From the NCBI GenBank assembly GCA_002482525.1, contig DLGC01000010.1:10834-74833 (forward strand): DNA of 64,000 bases, in the 5' to 3' direction. This DNA is from Propionibacteriaceae bacterium UBA7704. Lineage in GTDB: Bacteria; Actinomycetota; Actinomycetes; Propionibacteriales; Propionibacteriaceae. Made by a program: the position numbers and the translations under genes. The notes under the pieces are model-generated. The model searched no databases and was not told the origin of the DNA. It worked only from the letters and a program-made list of their open reading frames with translations. This document shows, piece by piece, positions 54,857-63,864 of this stretch. The stretch's first letter is position 1, and each line of letters starts with the position of its first letter.

Positions 54857-55195
54857 GGTTTCGAGACGCTCGCTTCGCTCGCTCCTCAACCAACCGGCGA
54901 AAGTAGACCCACACCAATCCAAGAGGGCATCACCGCACTCCACCGGTCCACGCCACCCCGCGGCTGGTTGAGGAGGCCCGCAGGGCCGTCTCGAAACCAC
55001 GCACGGTGCATGTGGAGTTGAGGGGTGCGACGGCCTTGGTTTCGAGACGCTCACTTCGCTCGCTCCTCAACCAGCCGGGGCAAAGTGGGCGGGATTCGAC
55101 AAGCTCAGCCAACGGGGCGGGGGGATTCGAGACGCTCGCTTCGCTCGCTCCTCAACCACCCGGGGTGAAATGGGCGGGCTTCGACAAGCTCAGCC
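54857..55195. repeat. Repeat cluster of four REP units and two FDKL-type elements
   Basis: REP units at 54857-54897 (forward), 54961-54998 (inverted), 55038-55078 (forward) and 55123-55163 (forward). GG(A/C)TTCGACAAGCTCAGCC at 55092-55110 and 55177-55195. 55038-55110 and 55123-55195 form an 85-bp tandem duplication. The last element overlaps the SpoIIM-like stop codon. Confidence 0.75.
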
Positions 55196-56185
55196 GGCGA
55201 CGGCGACTTCGGTGCGGGCTTCTTCTTCGGTGAGGCCGGGGTCGGTACCGGCATCGACGGCGCGGCGTCCGGCCACGAACATGACCAGCCAGAACGCGGT
55301 CACGGCGAGCACACCGAAGGCGATCTTCAGCCAAGGCGCAAGCTGGGAGCCGGTGATGAATCCCTCGATGAGGCCACTGACACCCAAACCGATGGTGATC
55401 GCCACCACCACGACCAGCGTGGTGCGTCCTTCCTGGGCCAACGATTGGACGCGGGTGCGATGCCCGGGCACCAGCCACGCCCAGAACAGTCGCACCCCGG
55501 CAGCACCGGCAACGAAGACACAACTGAGCTCGAGCAGACCGTGGGGCAGGATCAGCGTCCAGAACACCTGATCAGCGCCTTGGACGTGCATGACCGCTGC
55601 GGCCGCCCCCAGGCTGACCGAGTTCTCGAACAGCACCATCGCCGGGTACAGCCCGGTGATTCCGGTGGCGATGCACAACGCAGCGATCATCGAGTTGTGG
55701 GTCCACACCAGACTGGCGAAGCTCGCACTGGGATAGGTCGAGTAATAGGACGCGAAAGCCTCCTGGGCATACTCCTTCTGGTCTTCCGGCGAGATCACCG
55801 AGTTCAGCAGCTCGATATTGCCGGCCATCCAAAAGCCGGCCACCACTGCGACGAGCAGGCCGAAGACCGACGCCGCCACCGACCACCAGCGCACCCGATA
55901 CAGCGCGGCTGGAATGGTGCGGGTGAAGAACCGGCCCACCGAGATCCAGGTGAGATCGTGCGGACTGCTGATGCGCGCCTTGGCTTTCACCAACAGCACC
56001 GACAGCTCGTTCACCAAGCCCGGCTCAGGTGCCCGTGAACGCAGCAGCGACAGGTGAGTGGCGGTCTGTCGATAGAGGCGCACCAGCTCGTCGGCCTCTC
56101 GGCCGGTCAGGCGACGCTGCGCCGACAACTGCTGCAGCCGCTGCCACTGCCCGGTGTGCGCGGCCACGAACACATCGACATCCAC
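55190..56185 (-). CDS. Stage II sporulation protein M-like (DUF95) membrane protein
   Basis: Long ORF trimmed to GTG 56185. The N-terminus VDVDVFVAAHTGQWQRL matches the typical actinobacterial SpoIIM-like start. About 6 TM segments. Divergent from the RDD gene. Confidence 0.75.
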   Translation of the reverse strand: MDVDVFVAAHTGQWQRLQQLSAQRRLTGREADELVRLYRQTATHLSLLRSRAPEPGLVNELSVLLVKAKARISSPHDLTWISVGRFFTRTIPAALYRVRWWSVAASVFGLLVAVVAGFWMAGNIELLNSVISPEDQKEYAQEAFASYYSTYPSASFASLVWTHNSMIAALCIATGITGLYPAMVLFENSVSLGAAAAVMHVQGADQVFWTLILPHGLLELSCVFVAGAAGVRLFWAWLVPGHRTRVQSLAQEGRTTLVVVVAITIGLGVSGLIEGFITGSQLAPWLKIAFGVLAVTAFWLVMFVAGRRAVDAGTDPGLTEEEARTEVAVAG

Positions 56186-56242
56186 GCGCCTCAGCGTAGC
56201 GTCGGCCACCGCAGCCGCGACGCGGCACGCTAGCCTCGTCCC

Positions 56243-57067
56243 ATGAGCGACGAGATCCTGACCGGCGAAGGGGTTGCGCTGCAACTCAGCGCCGCCTCTG
56301 TGCTCATCCGTGCCGGCGCCTGGCTGATCGACGCCTTCGTCATCGTGTTGGTCATGATCGCGCTGCCGCTGGGGCTGCTCGCCGTTGTCGGCACCGATCG
56401 CTTCGATCCAGCCATGGCCGAAGCCGCAGTATCGGTGATGATCTTCATCGCCTTCATCGTGGTTCCCGCCGCGACCGAGACCCTCACCCACGGTCGATCG
56501 CTGGGAAAGCTCGCCTTGGGCCTGCAAGTGATCCGCGACGACGGCGGCCCGGTGCGGCTGCGTCACTCCGCCGTGCGCGCCCTGGTCGGATTCTTTGAAC
56601 TGTGGCTGCTGATGGGCGGCTTGGCCTTCATGGTGGCGATGTTCAACGACCGCGGCAAACGAGTGGGCGACTTCCTCGCCGGCACCTACGTGGTGCGCAT
56701 CAAATCCCGCCCCCGAAGCAACACCCCACTCTGGCTGCCCGCGCAGCTGGCGACGTGGGCCAGCCTGACCGACATCCGCCCACTGCCGGCAGGCTTGGCG
56801 CTGCGCGCACGCCAGTTTCTGGGACGCGCCCACCAGTTCCCGCCGCAGGTTCGCTACCGCATGGCGTTGCGGTTATCGGCGCAGCTGGAACGGTTCGTCG
56901 CACCGGCGCCACCATGGGGGACGCCTCCAGAGGAGTACATCGCCGCTGTGCTGTTCGAGCGCCGTCGCCGCGACCAGGAGGCCTACGATCGCCGACAACC
57001 TCGGCTGCAAAGCCACCTGGCCGCGATCGATGTGCTGCCCTATTCGGTTCCCGATCCCGAGAGCTGA
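56243..57067 (+). CDS. RDD-family membrane protein
   Basis: N-terminal TM pair and LGLQVIRDDGGP, which contains the RDD motif. 274 aa. Partners the SpoIIM-like gene, as in other actinobacteria. Confidence 0.8.
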   Translation: MSDEILTGEGVALQLSAASVLIRAGAWLIDAFVIVLVMIALPLGLLAVVGTDRFDPAMAEAAVSVMIFIAFIVVPAATETLTHGRSLGKLALGLQVIRDDGGPVRLRHSAVRALVGFFELWLLMGGLAFMVAMFNDRGKRVGDFLAGTYVVRIKSRPRSNTPLWLPAQLATWASLTDIRPLPAGLALRARQFLGRAHQFPPQVRYRMALRLSAQLERFVAPAPPWGTPPEEYIAAVLFERRRRDQEAYDRRQPRLQSHLAAIDVLPYSVPDPES

Positions 57068-57083
57068 CCCGCCCCGCTGGCTA

Positions 57084-57162
57084 CCCCAATTCCGTTAGCT
57101 GCCCCAATTCCGTTGGCTGAGCTTGTCGAAGCCCCGCCGGGGGTGCCCTTCGACAGGCTCAG
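57084..57162. repeat. Tandem 18-mer plus a palindrome of two FDKL-type elements between convergent genes (terminator candidate)
   Basis: CCCCAATTCCGTT(A/G)GCTG twice (57084-57101 and 57102-57119). Arms CTGAGCTTGTCGAAG (57117-57131) and CTTCGACAGGCTCAG (57148-57162), 14/15 complementary, with a 16-nt GC-rich loop. Confidence 0.55.
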
Positions 57163-59057
57163 GGCACGGGATTGGGCTCAGGGAGGTCGGCAACCTGCAC
57201 CTCGTCGGGGGTGCGGTCGGCCGCCGAGCGGTCGTAGGGCGTCAGCCGGAGCTTCGCCCGGGGCCGAGGCGCCCCAACGCTGAGCGCGTCGACATCGACA
57301 GCATCCACGAGATCGTTAAGCTCGGCGACCATGCTCCGCACGGTACGCAGACTCCTGTGGTAGGACGGCAGTTCTGCTGCGGTCAGCTTCACCAACTCCG
57401 GGTACGGCAGCGCACCGTCGCCGGGCTGATCGAAGGTCTCGGCGAACTCATCGAGCCATTCACCCAGTCCGGCCAGGGCGGCCCGCAGCCGTAGCCAGCG
57501 ATGATTGTCGAAGCCAGTCAGGGCATCGCTTCCCGGTTTCGGGGCGAATTTGTCGACCAACTTGGCCCCGGCCACCTGGCCGCGATCAGCGAGCGCAGTC
57601 ACCGTCTCCGGCGGCATGGTGAGATTCAAGCCACCCTCATTGGCGGTGGTGTACACCGTCACCACCCGGTCCCGGTAGCCAGGAAGTCGTAGCGCCTCGC
57701 CGTCCACCCAGCTCTGCCAGGTGGAGAGTATTGCGCTCACCAATTGCCCGACCCCGTCCTTGGCTCCGGCCTCCCAGGTGAGCAGTTCCCGAGACAGACC
57801 GTCCTGATTGTCCTTCGGCAGGAAACTGCCCTCTTCAACACTGGTGATGGTCCAGTCGACCTGCTCCATGTCGATGGCGAAGGTCGGATTGCCCGGGATC
57901 GGACGGTCGAAGAAGTGCACGGGCAGGTTGGCGCACAGTCCGCCGTCGGAGAACCAGTTGGTGACGAACTCCACAGAGTCCGTCGACCACTCCGTCGACG
58001 CCATGGGCACCGCGCTGATCAACAGCGGAAAACTCAGGCTCATTCGCACGGCGACCACCACCGGGAGCAGGTCGCCATAGGGCAGCGGCACCAGACCCTG
58101 TTGAGCCGCAGCCTCAACTCGCTCCCGGAACTCACGAGCTCTCACCCCACCCTTCGGGCCGTCCGGAGCGTGCTCGGGACGGCTCATCCACTCCACGACC
58201 TGCGGCGGAAATAGTTCCTGCCAATCGCTGCGGCGGAAGAAGAAGCCCGCTTCAGCCCAGGGCATCGCCATCGGACGACGCTGCGAAAGGTTGGTGGTCA
58301 TCACCCGCAGATTGATTCCTTGGGACGCCAAGTCGGCGAACGTGACCGGGGCATCCTCGGGGCCTCGCCCGGCCAGCTCTTGGAAGTAGTTGTGCAGCCA
58401 GTCAGTGAGAGCCGGCGCCGCCTCGCTACCGCCGCGGCCCGAGCACAGCCCGAACAGGTTGTCCGGAACCTGATGCGACAGCGTGCTCCAGGCGCCGACG
58501 ACTGCGCCCACCACGGCCCCGATCACGGCCAGAATCAGTCCACCGATCAGGCCGATGCCCATCGCCGCACCCCCGGCCAGCACACCCCAGGTAGCCAACG
58601 CCAACCCCGGCAGGGCACCCAACAGTGTCGGGATCGGGTAGGAACCGAACCAGGCCCTGGCAGCGTCCACCACCCGAGCCAGCGACGAACGGGGTTGCGG
58701 TGCATCCACCAACGCCACCATCGTGTCGAACAGCGCAGCGGTCTTCGGCTGGGGCTGGAACAGCGACAGCAACACGCTGCGCTTGCCGACCGGCTTCGTC
58801 AACTCCTCGGGAAGCCGGGACAGCATCTGAAAACCTGCATCGCTGTGGTCTCGCTGGCGTCGATATTCGGCGATCGCGGCCGCGGCTGCGGCAATCGCGC
58901 CGGCCGAGGTGCCCCCAATGTCGGCGAATCGGTAGGTCTGCGCCAATTCCGTGACCAGCCGGGGGTAGACCACACCGCTGGTGATGCCGCCCTTCATGAT
59001 CAGACTGCAGGCCAGTTCGGGCATTGCGGCGTCGTCGGGCTGCGGCATGGCGTCCAT
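57159..59057 (-). CDS. Patatin-like phospholipase with an internal TM hairpin and a long C-terminal domain
   Basis: ATG 59057 (AGGAGGA SD 4 nt upstream). Oxyanion-hole region MKGGITSGVVYP, nucleophile GGTSAG (G-x-S-x-G), catalytic Asp FSDGGLCANLP. Gly/Ala-rich TM pair LALATWGVLAGGAAMGIGLIGGLILAVIGAVVGAVVGAW. Confidence 0.85.
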   Translation of the reverse strand: MDAMPQPDDAAMPELACSLIMKGGITSGVVYPRLVTELAQTYRFADIGGTSAGAIAAAAAAIAEYRRQRDHSDAGFQMLSRLPEELTKPVGKRSVLLSLFQPQPKTAALFDTMVALVDAPQPRSSLARVVDAARAWFGSYPIPTLLGALPGLALATWGVLAGGAAMGIGLIGGLILAVIGAVVGAVVGAWSTLSHQVPDNLFGLCSGRGGSEAAPALTDWLHNYFQELAGRGPEDAPVTFADLASQGINLRVMTTNLSQRRPMAMPWAEAGFFFRRSDWQELFPPQVVEWMSRPEHAPDGPKGGVRAREFRERVEAAAQQGLVPLPYGDLLPVVVAVRMSLSFPLLISAVPMASTEWSTDSVEFVTNWFSDGGLCANLPVHFFDRPIPGNPTFAIDMEQVDWTITSVEEGSFLPKDNQDGLSRELLTWEAGAKDGVGQLVSAILSTWQSWVDGEALRLPGYRDRVVTVYTTANEGGLNLTMPPETVTALADRGQVAGAKLVDKFAPKPGSDALTGFDNHRWLRLRAALAGLGEWLDEFAETFDQPGDGALPYPELVKLTAAELPSYHRSLRTVRSMVAELNDLVDAVDVDALSVGAPRPRAKLRLTPYDRSAADRTPDEVQVADLPEPNPVP

Positions 59058-59165
59058 CGGGTCCTCCTGCTCGGGTGACTTCAGCGAACTCGCCGCAGCG
59101 CAGCGCGTCAAGAGCCTCGCGAAGCGGTGGACCTGCTCACGCGGCTACGCAATTGCGGCCACTTT

Positions 59166-59188
59166 TTTGCATGCCTGCAAAGTTGCAG
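59166..59188. promoter_or_regulatory. Overlapping palindromes upstream of the MFS-TetR operon (candidate TetR operator)
   Basis: TTTGCA-tgcc-TGCAAA (59166-59181) overlaps CTGCAA-ag-TTGCAG (59175-59188), in an AT-richer stretch about 60 nt upstream of the MFS start. A further inverted repeat CGCCGCT-gcactg-AGCGGCG lies at 59202-59221. Confidence 0.35.
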
Positions 59189-59244
59189 TACTGTAAATAT
59201 GCGCCGCTGCACTGAGCGGCGTTCAGTATGTCCGGAGGATTTTG

Positions 59245-61818
59245 ATGGCAACAGCAGTCACGGAAGCTCGCCCTGAAGCGTCCCCACCCGCATCCGCACC
59301 CCTGATGACGCAGCGGCAGATCCGGTTCGTCATCTACGGTCTGATGGCTGGCATGTTCCTGTCGTCGTTGGACCAGACGATCGTCGGTACCGCGATTCGC
59401 ACCATCGGCGACGATCTCAATGGCTTGGATCAACAGGCTTGGGTCACCACCGGTTACTTGATCGCGGCCACCGTCACCACACCGCTGTACGGCAAGTTGT
59501 CCGACATTTTCGGACGACGCCCGCTGTTCCTGATCAGCATCAGCGTGTTCATCCTCGGATCGTTCCTGTCCAGCTTCTCGACCTCCATGCTGATGCTGGC
59601 CGGTTTCCGCGCCATCCAAGGCCTGGGCGCCGGTGGCCTGATGGCGCTGCCGCTGGCCATCATCGGCGACATGCTCGCCCCCCGCGAGCGCGCCAAGTAC
59701 CAGGGCTACTTCATGGCCACCTTCGGCATCGCCGCCGTCATCGGCCCCTTGGTCGGAGGCATGTTCGCCGGCGCCGACACCATTTTGGGCATCGCCGGCT
59801 GGCGTTGGGTCTTCCTGATCAACGTGCCGGTCGGCCTGATCGCCTTGGCCATGGTGATCGTGTTACTACACCTGCCGCACTTCCGCCACGGCCATCCGCG
59901 CATCGACTGGTGGGGAGCCGGCTTAGTGGTGGCGACCTTGGCCCCACTGCTACTGGTCGCCGAACAGGGCCGCGACTGGGGCTGGACCTCGTCCGCGTCG
60001 ATCACCTGCTACGCCATCGGCGTCGCCGGGCTGGTCGGCTTCATCCTGGTCGAGCGTGCCATGGGCGATTCCGCGATCCTTCCGCTTCGGTTGTTCAATC
60101 CGAAATTCTCAATCATCACCGTGCTGAGCATGCTGGTCGGCTTCGGCATGTTCGGCGCCATGATGACCATTCCGCTCTATCTGCAGATTGTGGACGGCCT
60201 CAGCCCGACCGAATCGGGCCTGGCGAGTTTGCCGATGATGCTGGGAGTGATGATCGCCTCGGTCGGCGTGGGCCAGCTCATCGCCCGCACCGGCAAGTAC
60301 GGCATCTTCCCGATAACCGGCACCGCCACGATCGCCATCGGCTTCACCATCTTGCTGTTCATCACGGTCGACAAGCCGTTCTGGTACATGGTGATCGCCA
60401 TGTTCGCCATCGGTGCCGGGCTAGGCCAGTTGATGCAGACCCTGACCTTGGCAGCCCAAGCCGCAGCCCCAGCCAAGGACATCGGGGTGGCCACCAGCGC
60501 AGCCACCTTCTTCCGCCAGATCGGCGGCACCCTGGGCACCGCCATCCTGCTGTCGGTGCTGTTCACGGCACTGCCGGTGAACGTCAGCAACTCGCTGACC
60601 GACAAGGCCACCCTCACCGATGCCCTGGACGCAGCACTGGACCCGGCAGTGGCAACCGCCCCGAACAACACCGCGGTCATGGACAAGATGTGGACCCCGA
60701 TCATCGACAAGGTGAAGACCACGATCAACACCAACCTGGCCGACGCCACCGATCAGGTGAACACCCAGGTTGAGGCCACCGTTCGTCAGAAGGTCTCCGA
60801 AGCGGTGTGGAAGAACGCCGGAACCGGCGCCGGGAAACTCGCCGACGGTGTCGACAGCCTCAGCCTGGGCCTGAACAAGCTGGCCGACGGCACCTCTGCC
60901 TATGTGGCCGGCATCGGAAAGCTCAGCACCGGCACCGCCTCGCTGTCGCAGGGTCTGAACCAACTCAATGGCGCCTTGCAGACCGCGGCCAAGGAGTCTC
61001 ACGGCGCAACCGGCGACTTCGCCACCGCCCAAGCCGCGTTCACCGCACTGGCCACCGATCAGCAGAAGTGTGTCGGCGGTGACACCGCGGCCTGCGACGC
61101 CGAGGCCGCCGATACCGCCGCTCTCGGTGCTGCCTTCAAGGATCTCGGCATCAGCGTGTACACCACCGATGGCTACCTCAATGGCGCCAGCGGCAAGCCG
61201 GGCGTTGCCGATGGCATGAACCAGTTGAATCAGGGTGCGAAGAAACTGGCTGCCGGCGCTAAGGCTGCCGCCAGCGGTGGCAGCAAGCTCGCCTCGGGTA
61301 CCCAGAGCGCTGCGTCCGGCACGAAGAAGCTGGCTGTCGGAACTCGTGAACTGGCCAAGATCAACGCTGTGATCGACCAGAAGGTCGCCGAGCTCACCCC
61401 GGATGCGCAACGCAAGGCGCTGGAGAAGGTCGCCAAAGAGAAGCACTTCAGTGTTGTCGACGGCAAGCTCGCCATCGATTACGCCGATGCCACCCAGCGT
61501 CAGGCCATCATCGACCAACTGGTGCCCTCGATGATCGATGCGATCAACAATGGCGACAACTCCGACCTGTCGAACACCGACACCAGTGCCAGCGACTCCT
61601 CGTTCGTCAACGGTGCCGACCCACGGCTGACCAAGCCGTTCCTGACCGGGTTCAACTCCTCGGTGGTGAGCGTCTATGCGGTCGCCTTGATCGTGGTGCT
61701 GGTCGCCTTCGTGATCACCTGGTTCTTCCGGGTGCCGGAGTTGCGCAATCGTTCAGCATTGGAGGAGAAGGCCGAACTGCGCGAGAATGCCAGCACCGAG
61801 CAGGGAGCTGAGGCATGA
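59245..61818 (+). CDS. DHA2-type 14-TMS MFS transporter with a ~360-aa extracytoplasmic heptad-repeat insertion between TMS13 and TMS14
   Basis: ATG 59245 (GGAGGA SD); the ORF track starts at TTG 59242. MFS motifs [10 protein letters not shown] and [11 protein letters not shown]. 13 TMS by residue ~446, then repeats such as [33 protein letters not shown] and [37 protein letters not shown]. Final TMS is [22 protein letters not shown]. Confidence 0.85.
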   Translation: MATAVTEARPEASPPASAPLMTQRQIRFVIYGLMAGMFLSSLDQTIVGTAIRTIGDDLNGLDQQAWVTTGYLIAATVTTPLYGKLSDIFGRRPLFLISISVFILGSFLSSFSTSMLMLAGFRAIQGLGAGGLMALPLAIIGDMLAPRERAKYQGYFMATFGIAAVIGPLVGGMFAGADTILGIAGWRWVFLINVPVGLIALAMVIVLLHLPHFRHGHPRIDWWGAGLVVATLAPLLLVAEQGRDWGWTSSASITCYAIGVAGLVGFILVERAMGDSAILPLRLFNPKFSIITVLSMLVGFGMFGAMMTIPLYLQIVDGLSPTESGLASLPMMLGVMIASVGVGQLIARTGKYGIFPITGTATIAIGFTILLFITVDKPFWYMVIAMFAIGAGLGQLMQTLTLAAQAAAPAKDIGVATSAATFFRQIGGTLGTAILLSVLFTALPVNVSNSLTDKATLTDALDAALDPAVATAPNNTAVMDKMWTPIIDKVKTTINTNLADATDQVNTQVEATVRQKVSEAVWKNAGTGAGKLADGVDSLSLGLNKLADGTSAYVAGIGKLSTGTASLSQGLNQLNGALQTAAKESHGATGDFATAQAAFTALATDQQKCVGGDTAACDAEAADTAALGAAFKDLGISVYTTDGYLNGASGKPGVADGMNQLNQGAKKLAAGAKAAASGGSKLASGTQSAASGTKKLAVGTRELAKINAVIDQKVAELTPDAQRKALEKVAKEKHFSVVDGKLAIDYADATQRQAIIDQLVPSMIDAINNGDNSDLSNTDTSASDSSFVNGADPRLTKPFLTGFNSSVVSVYAVALIVVLVAFVITWFFRVPELRNRSALEEKAELRENASTEQGAEA

Positions 61819-62393
61819 CAGGCACAGCGGAATCATCGCTACGCGAACGCAAGAAGGCCGCGACCCGGCAGGCGATTCACGAAATCGCTTTGCGGCTGGT
61901 GGCCGATCGCGGCCAGGACGGCGTGACCATCGAAGAGATCTGCACCGAAGCCGACATTTCGCAGCGGACTTTCTTCAACTACTTCCCCTCGAAGATCGCT
62001 GCCGCGTTGGATCTGGCCGAAGTTGAGGTGACCGAGGAGATGCGTGAGCGCTTCGTCCACGGCACCGGCAGCCTCATCGGCGACCTGTGTGAGCTGCTCG
62101 CCGAAGGGGTGAGCATTCCCCGCGACTATCCGCAGGTCAAAGCGTTGATCCAAAGCGATCCTGAGCTGGGTCTGAACTATTGGCGGCAAGTGAACCTCCG
62201 CGCCCGTCCCACCATTGCCCTGATCGAGGAGCGAGTCGGTGATCACGCCACTGCGGCCAGCGCCTATGCGGTGGTCATGGTGGCGATCATGGCCACGATG
62301 CGCCAGCCCGGCGACACGTCCACCGATGCCATCGCCGCCCGCCTGAAGGCCGAGATCTGCCGCATCAAAGACCTTATTGCCGACTGCTCCTAG
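61815..62393 (+). CDS. TetR-family transcriptional regulator
   Basis: ATGA overlap with the MFS stop. N-terminal [27 protein letters not shown]...[23 protein letters not shown]. Confidence 0.9.
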   Translation: MTGTAESSLRERKKAATRQAIHEIALRLVADRGQDGVTIEEICTEADISQRTFFNYFPSKIAAALDLAEVEVTEEMRERFVHGTGSLIGDLCELLAEGVSIPRDYPQVKALIQSDPELGLNYWRQVNLRARPTIALIEERVGDHATAASAYAVVMVAIMATMRQPGDTSTDAIAARLKAEICRIKDLIADCS

Positions 62394-62403
62394 CCCCTCA
62401 CGT

Positions 62404-62445
62404 CCGGCTGGTTGAGGAGACCGCGAAGCGGTCGTCTCGAAACCC
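62404..62445 (-). repeat. Single inverted REP unit between convergent tetR and amidase genes
   Basis: CCGGCTGGTTGAGGAGACCGCGAAGCGGTCGTCTCGAAACC with inner hairpin GACCGC-gaa-GCGGTC. Confidence 0.7.
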
Positions 62446-62472
62446 TCCCGCACCCCGGCACCCACTCAACCC

Positions 62473-63864
62473 TCAGCCCATCGCCGGCCGCACCTGAGCC
62501 CACGGGCGCAGCCGCTCCAACTGGGCCGACACCTGCACCACCAGCGGCTCGCCATCAGGAGGGCCAACCACCTGGACGCTGAGCGGCAGCCCGGTGCTGC
62601 TGAAACCGGACGGAATAGCTGCCGCCGGATTGCCCAACACATTCCAAATGGACGTGAAACCGGAGGCCTTCGTCGCCTTGGCGCTAGCGCTGACCGCGTT
62701 CGCACCGTCCAGTTGCCCCACCGGGACGGCCGCACTGGGGGTGGTCGGCATGAGCAGCAGGTCGTAGTCAGCGAAGTACTCCCGGGCGAACTGGGCGCCC
62801 GCGGCGACGGCAGTGCGATCAGCCCAATCAGCGCGACCTCGCAGGGGAGCGGTCAGCGCAACCAGGGTGCGGGTGCGTTGCTCCAGCAGTTCGGGATGCT
62901 CTGCCCTCGCCGCCTCTTCTGCAACGCCGGCCGAGGTCAGCGCCAAAAACGGAACCGAGACCTCCGGCAGTTTGGGTCGTACCTGGCTGACCAGATGTCC
63001 GGCCTCTCGCAACGCGTCAACAGTCTCCGCAAGCGCAGCCAGGGTTTCGGCATCGGCGGTGTTGGCACCGAAGCGAGTCAGATAGCCGATCCGAAGCTGT
63101 CCCGGCTCGGTTCGACAGGCCTGCGACAGCGACATCGACCAGGGTCCGGCCTGCCACACATCACTGGGAAGCGAACCTGCGATTGCGTCGTAGATCAGCG
63201 CACTGTCTTCCACCGATCGGGTGAGCGGTCCGATGACGCCCAATGCCCGCCACAGGTGACGATTGGGCGCGGCACTGACCCGTCCGCGTTGACACTTCAA
63301 CCCGTACAGGCCGCAGAACGACGACGGCAGCCGAATCGATCCGCCGCCATCGCCGCCGATAGCGCCAGGCACCATGCCGGACGCCACGGCGGCAGCCGAG
63401 CCACCCGATGATCCGGCCGTGGAGCGCAGCGGATTCCACGGGTTGCGGGTGTAGCCGTTGGCGCTGGTCTCTGTCCAAGGCCAGATCCCGAACTCCGGCA
63501 TTCGGGTCTTGCCGATGATGACCGCGCCGGCGGCACGCAGCTTGCGCACCACTTCGGAGTCGGCCGCAGCGGGGGTGGTGAAGGCCGCACCTCCGAAGGC
63601 AGTGGGAAATCCCGCGACATCGTTCTCGTCCTTGATCGCGATCGGCACCCCGTGCAGCGGTCCGCGCTCGGCAGCCGGCGTCGCGTCGCGGACGGCGGCC
63701 TCGGCACGGGCCTCATCGCGCAGGACATAGGCGAAGGAGTTGAGGCGATCATCGAGGCGGTCAATGCGATCGATGGCATGGTCGACGAGCTCGGCCGAGG
63801 TGGCCGAGCCTTCCGAAACCAGCCGGGCCTGTTCGGCGACACCAGTGAAGTTCAACTCGGTCAT
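62473..63864 (-). CDS. Amidase-signature family amidase
   Basis: Trimmed to ATG 63864 (MTELNF...). Catalytic Lys region GVPIAIKDE and the Gly/Ser-rich signature TAGSSGGSAAAVASG. 463 aa. Confidence 0.9.
   Translation of the reverse strand: MTELNFTGVAEQARLVSEGSATSAELVDHAIDRIDRLDDRLNSFAYVLRDEARAEAAVRDATPAAERGPLHGVPIAIKDENDVAGFPTAFGGAAFTTPAAADSEVVRKLRAAGAVIIGKTRMPEFGIWPWTETSANGYTRNPWNPLRSTAGSSGGSAAAVASGMVPGAIGGDGGGSIRLPSSFCGLYGLKCQRGRVSAAPNRHLWRALGVIGPLTRSVEDSALIYDAIAGSLPSDVWQAGPWSMSLSQACRTEPGQLRIGYLTRFGANTADAETLAALAETVDALREAGHLVSQVRPKLPEVSVPFLALTSAGVAEEAARAEHPELLEQRTRTLVALTAPLRGRADWADRTAVAAGAQFAREYFADYDLLLMPTTPSAAVPVGQLDGANAVSASAKATKASGFTSIWNVLGNPAAAIPSGFSSTGLPLSVQVVGPPDGEPLVVQVSAQLERLRPWAQVRPAMG

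Noticed and set aside
52400-55189. Islet as a prophage remnant, IS element or integrative element
   Set aside because: There is no integrase, transposase, phage-like gene, tRNA target or long terminal inverted/direct repeat other than the genome's own REP-type units. Only its lower GC and the synteny break support foreign origin.
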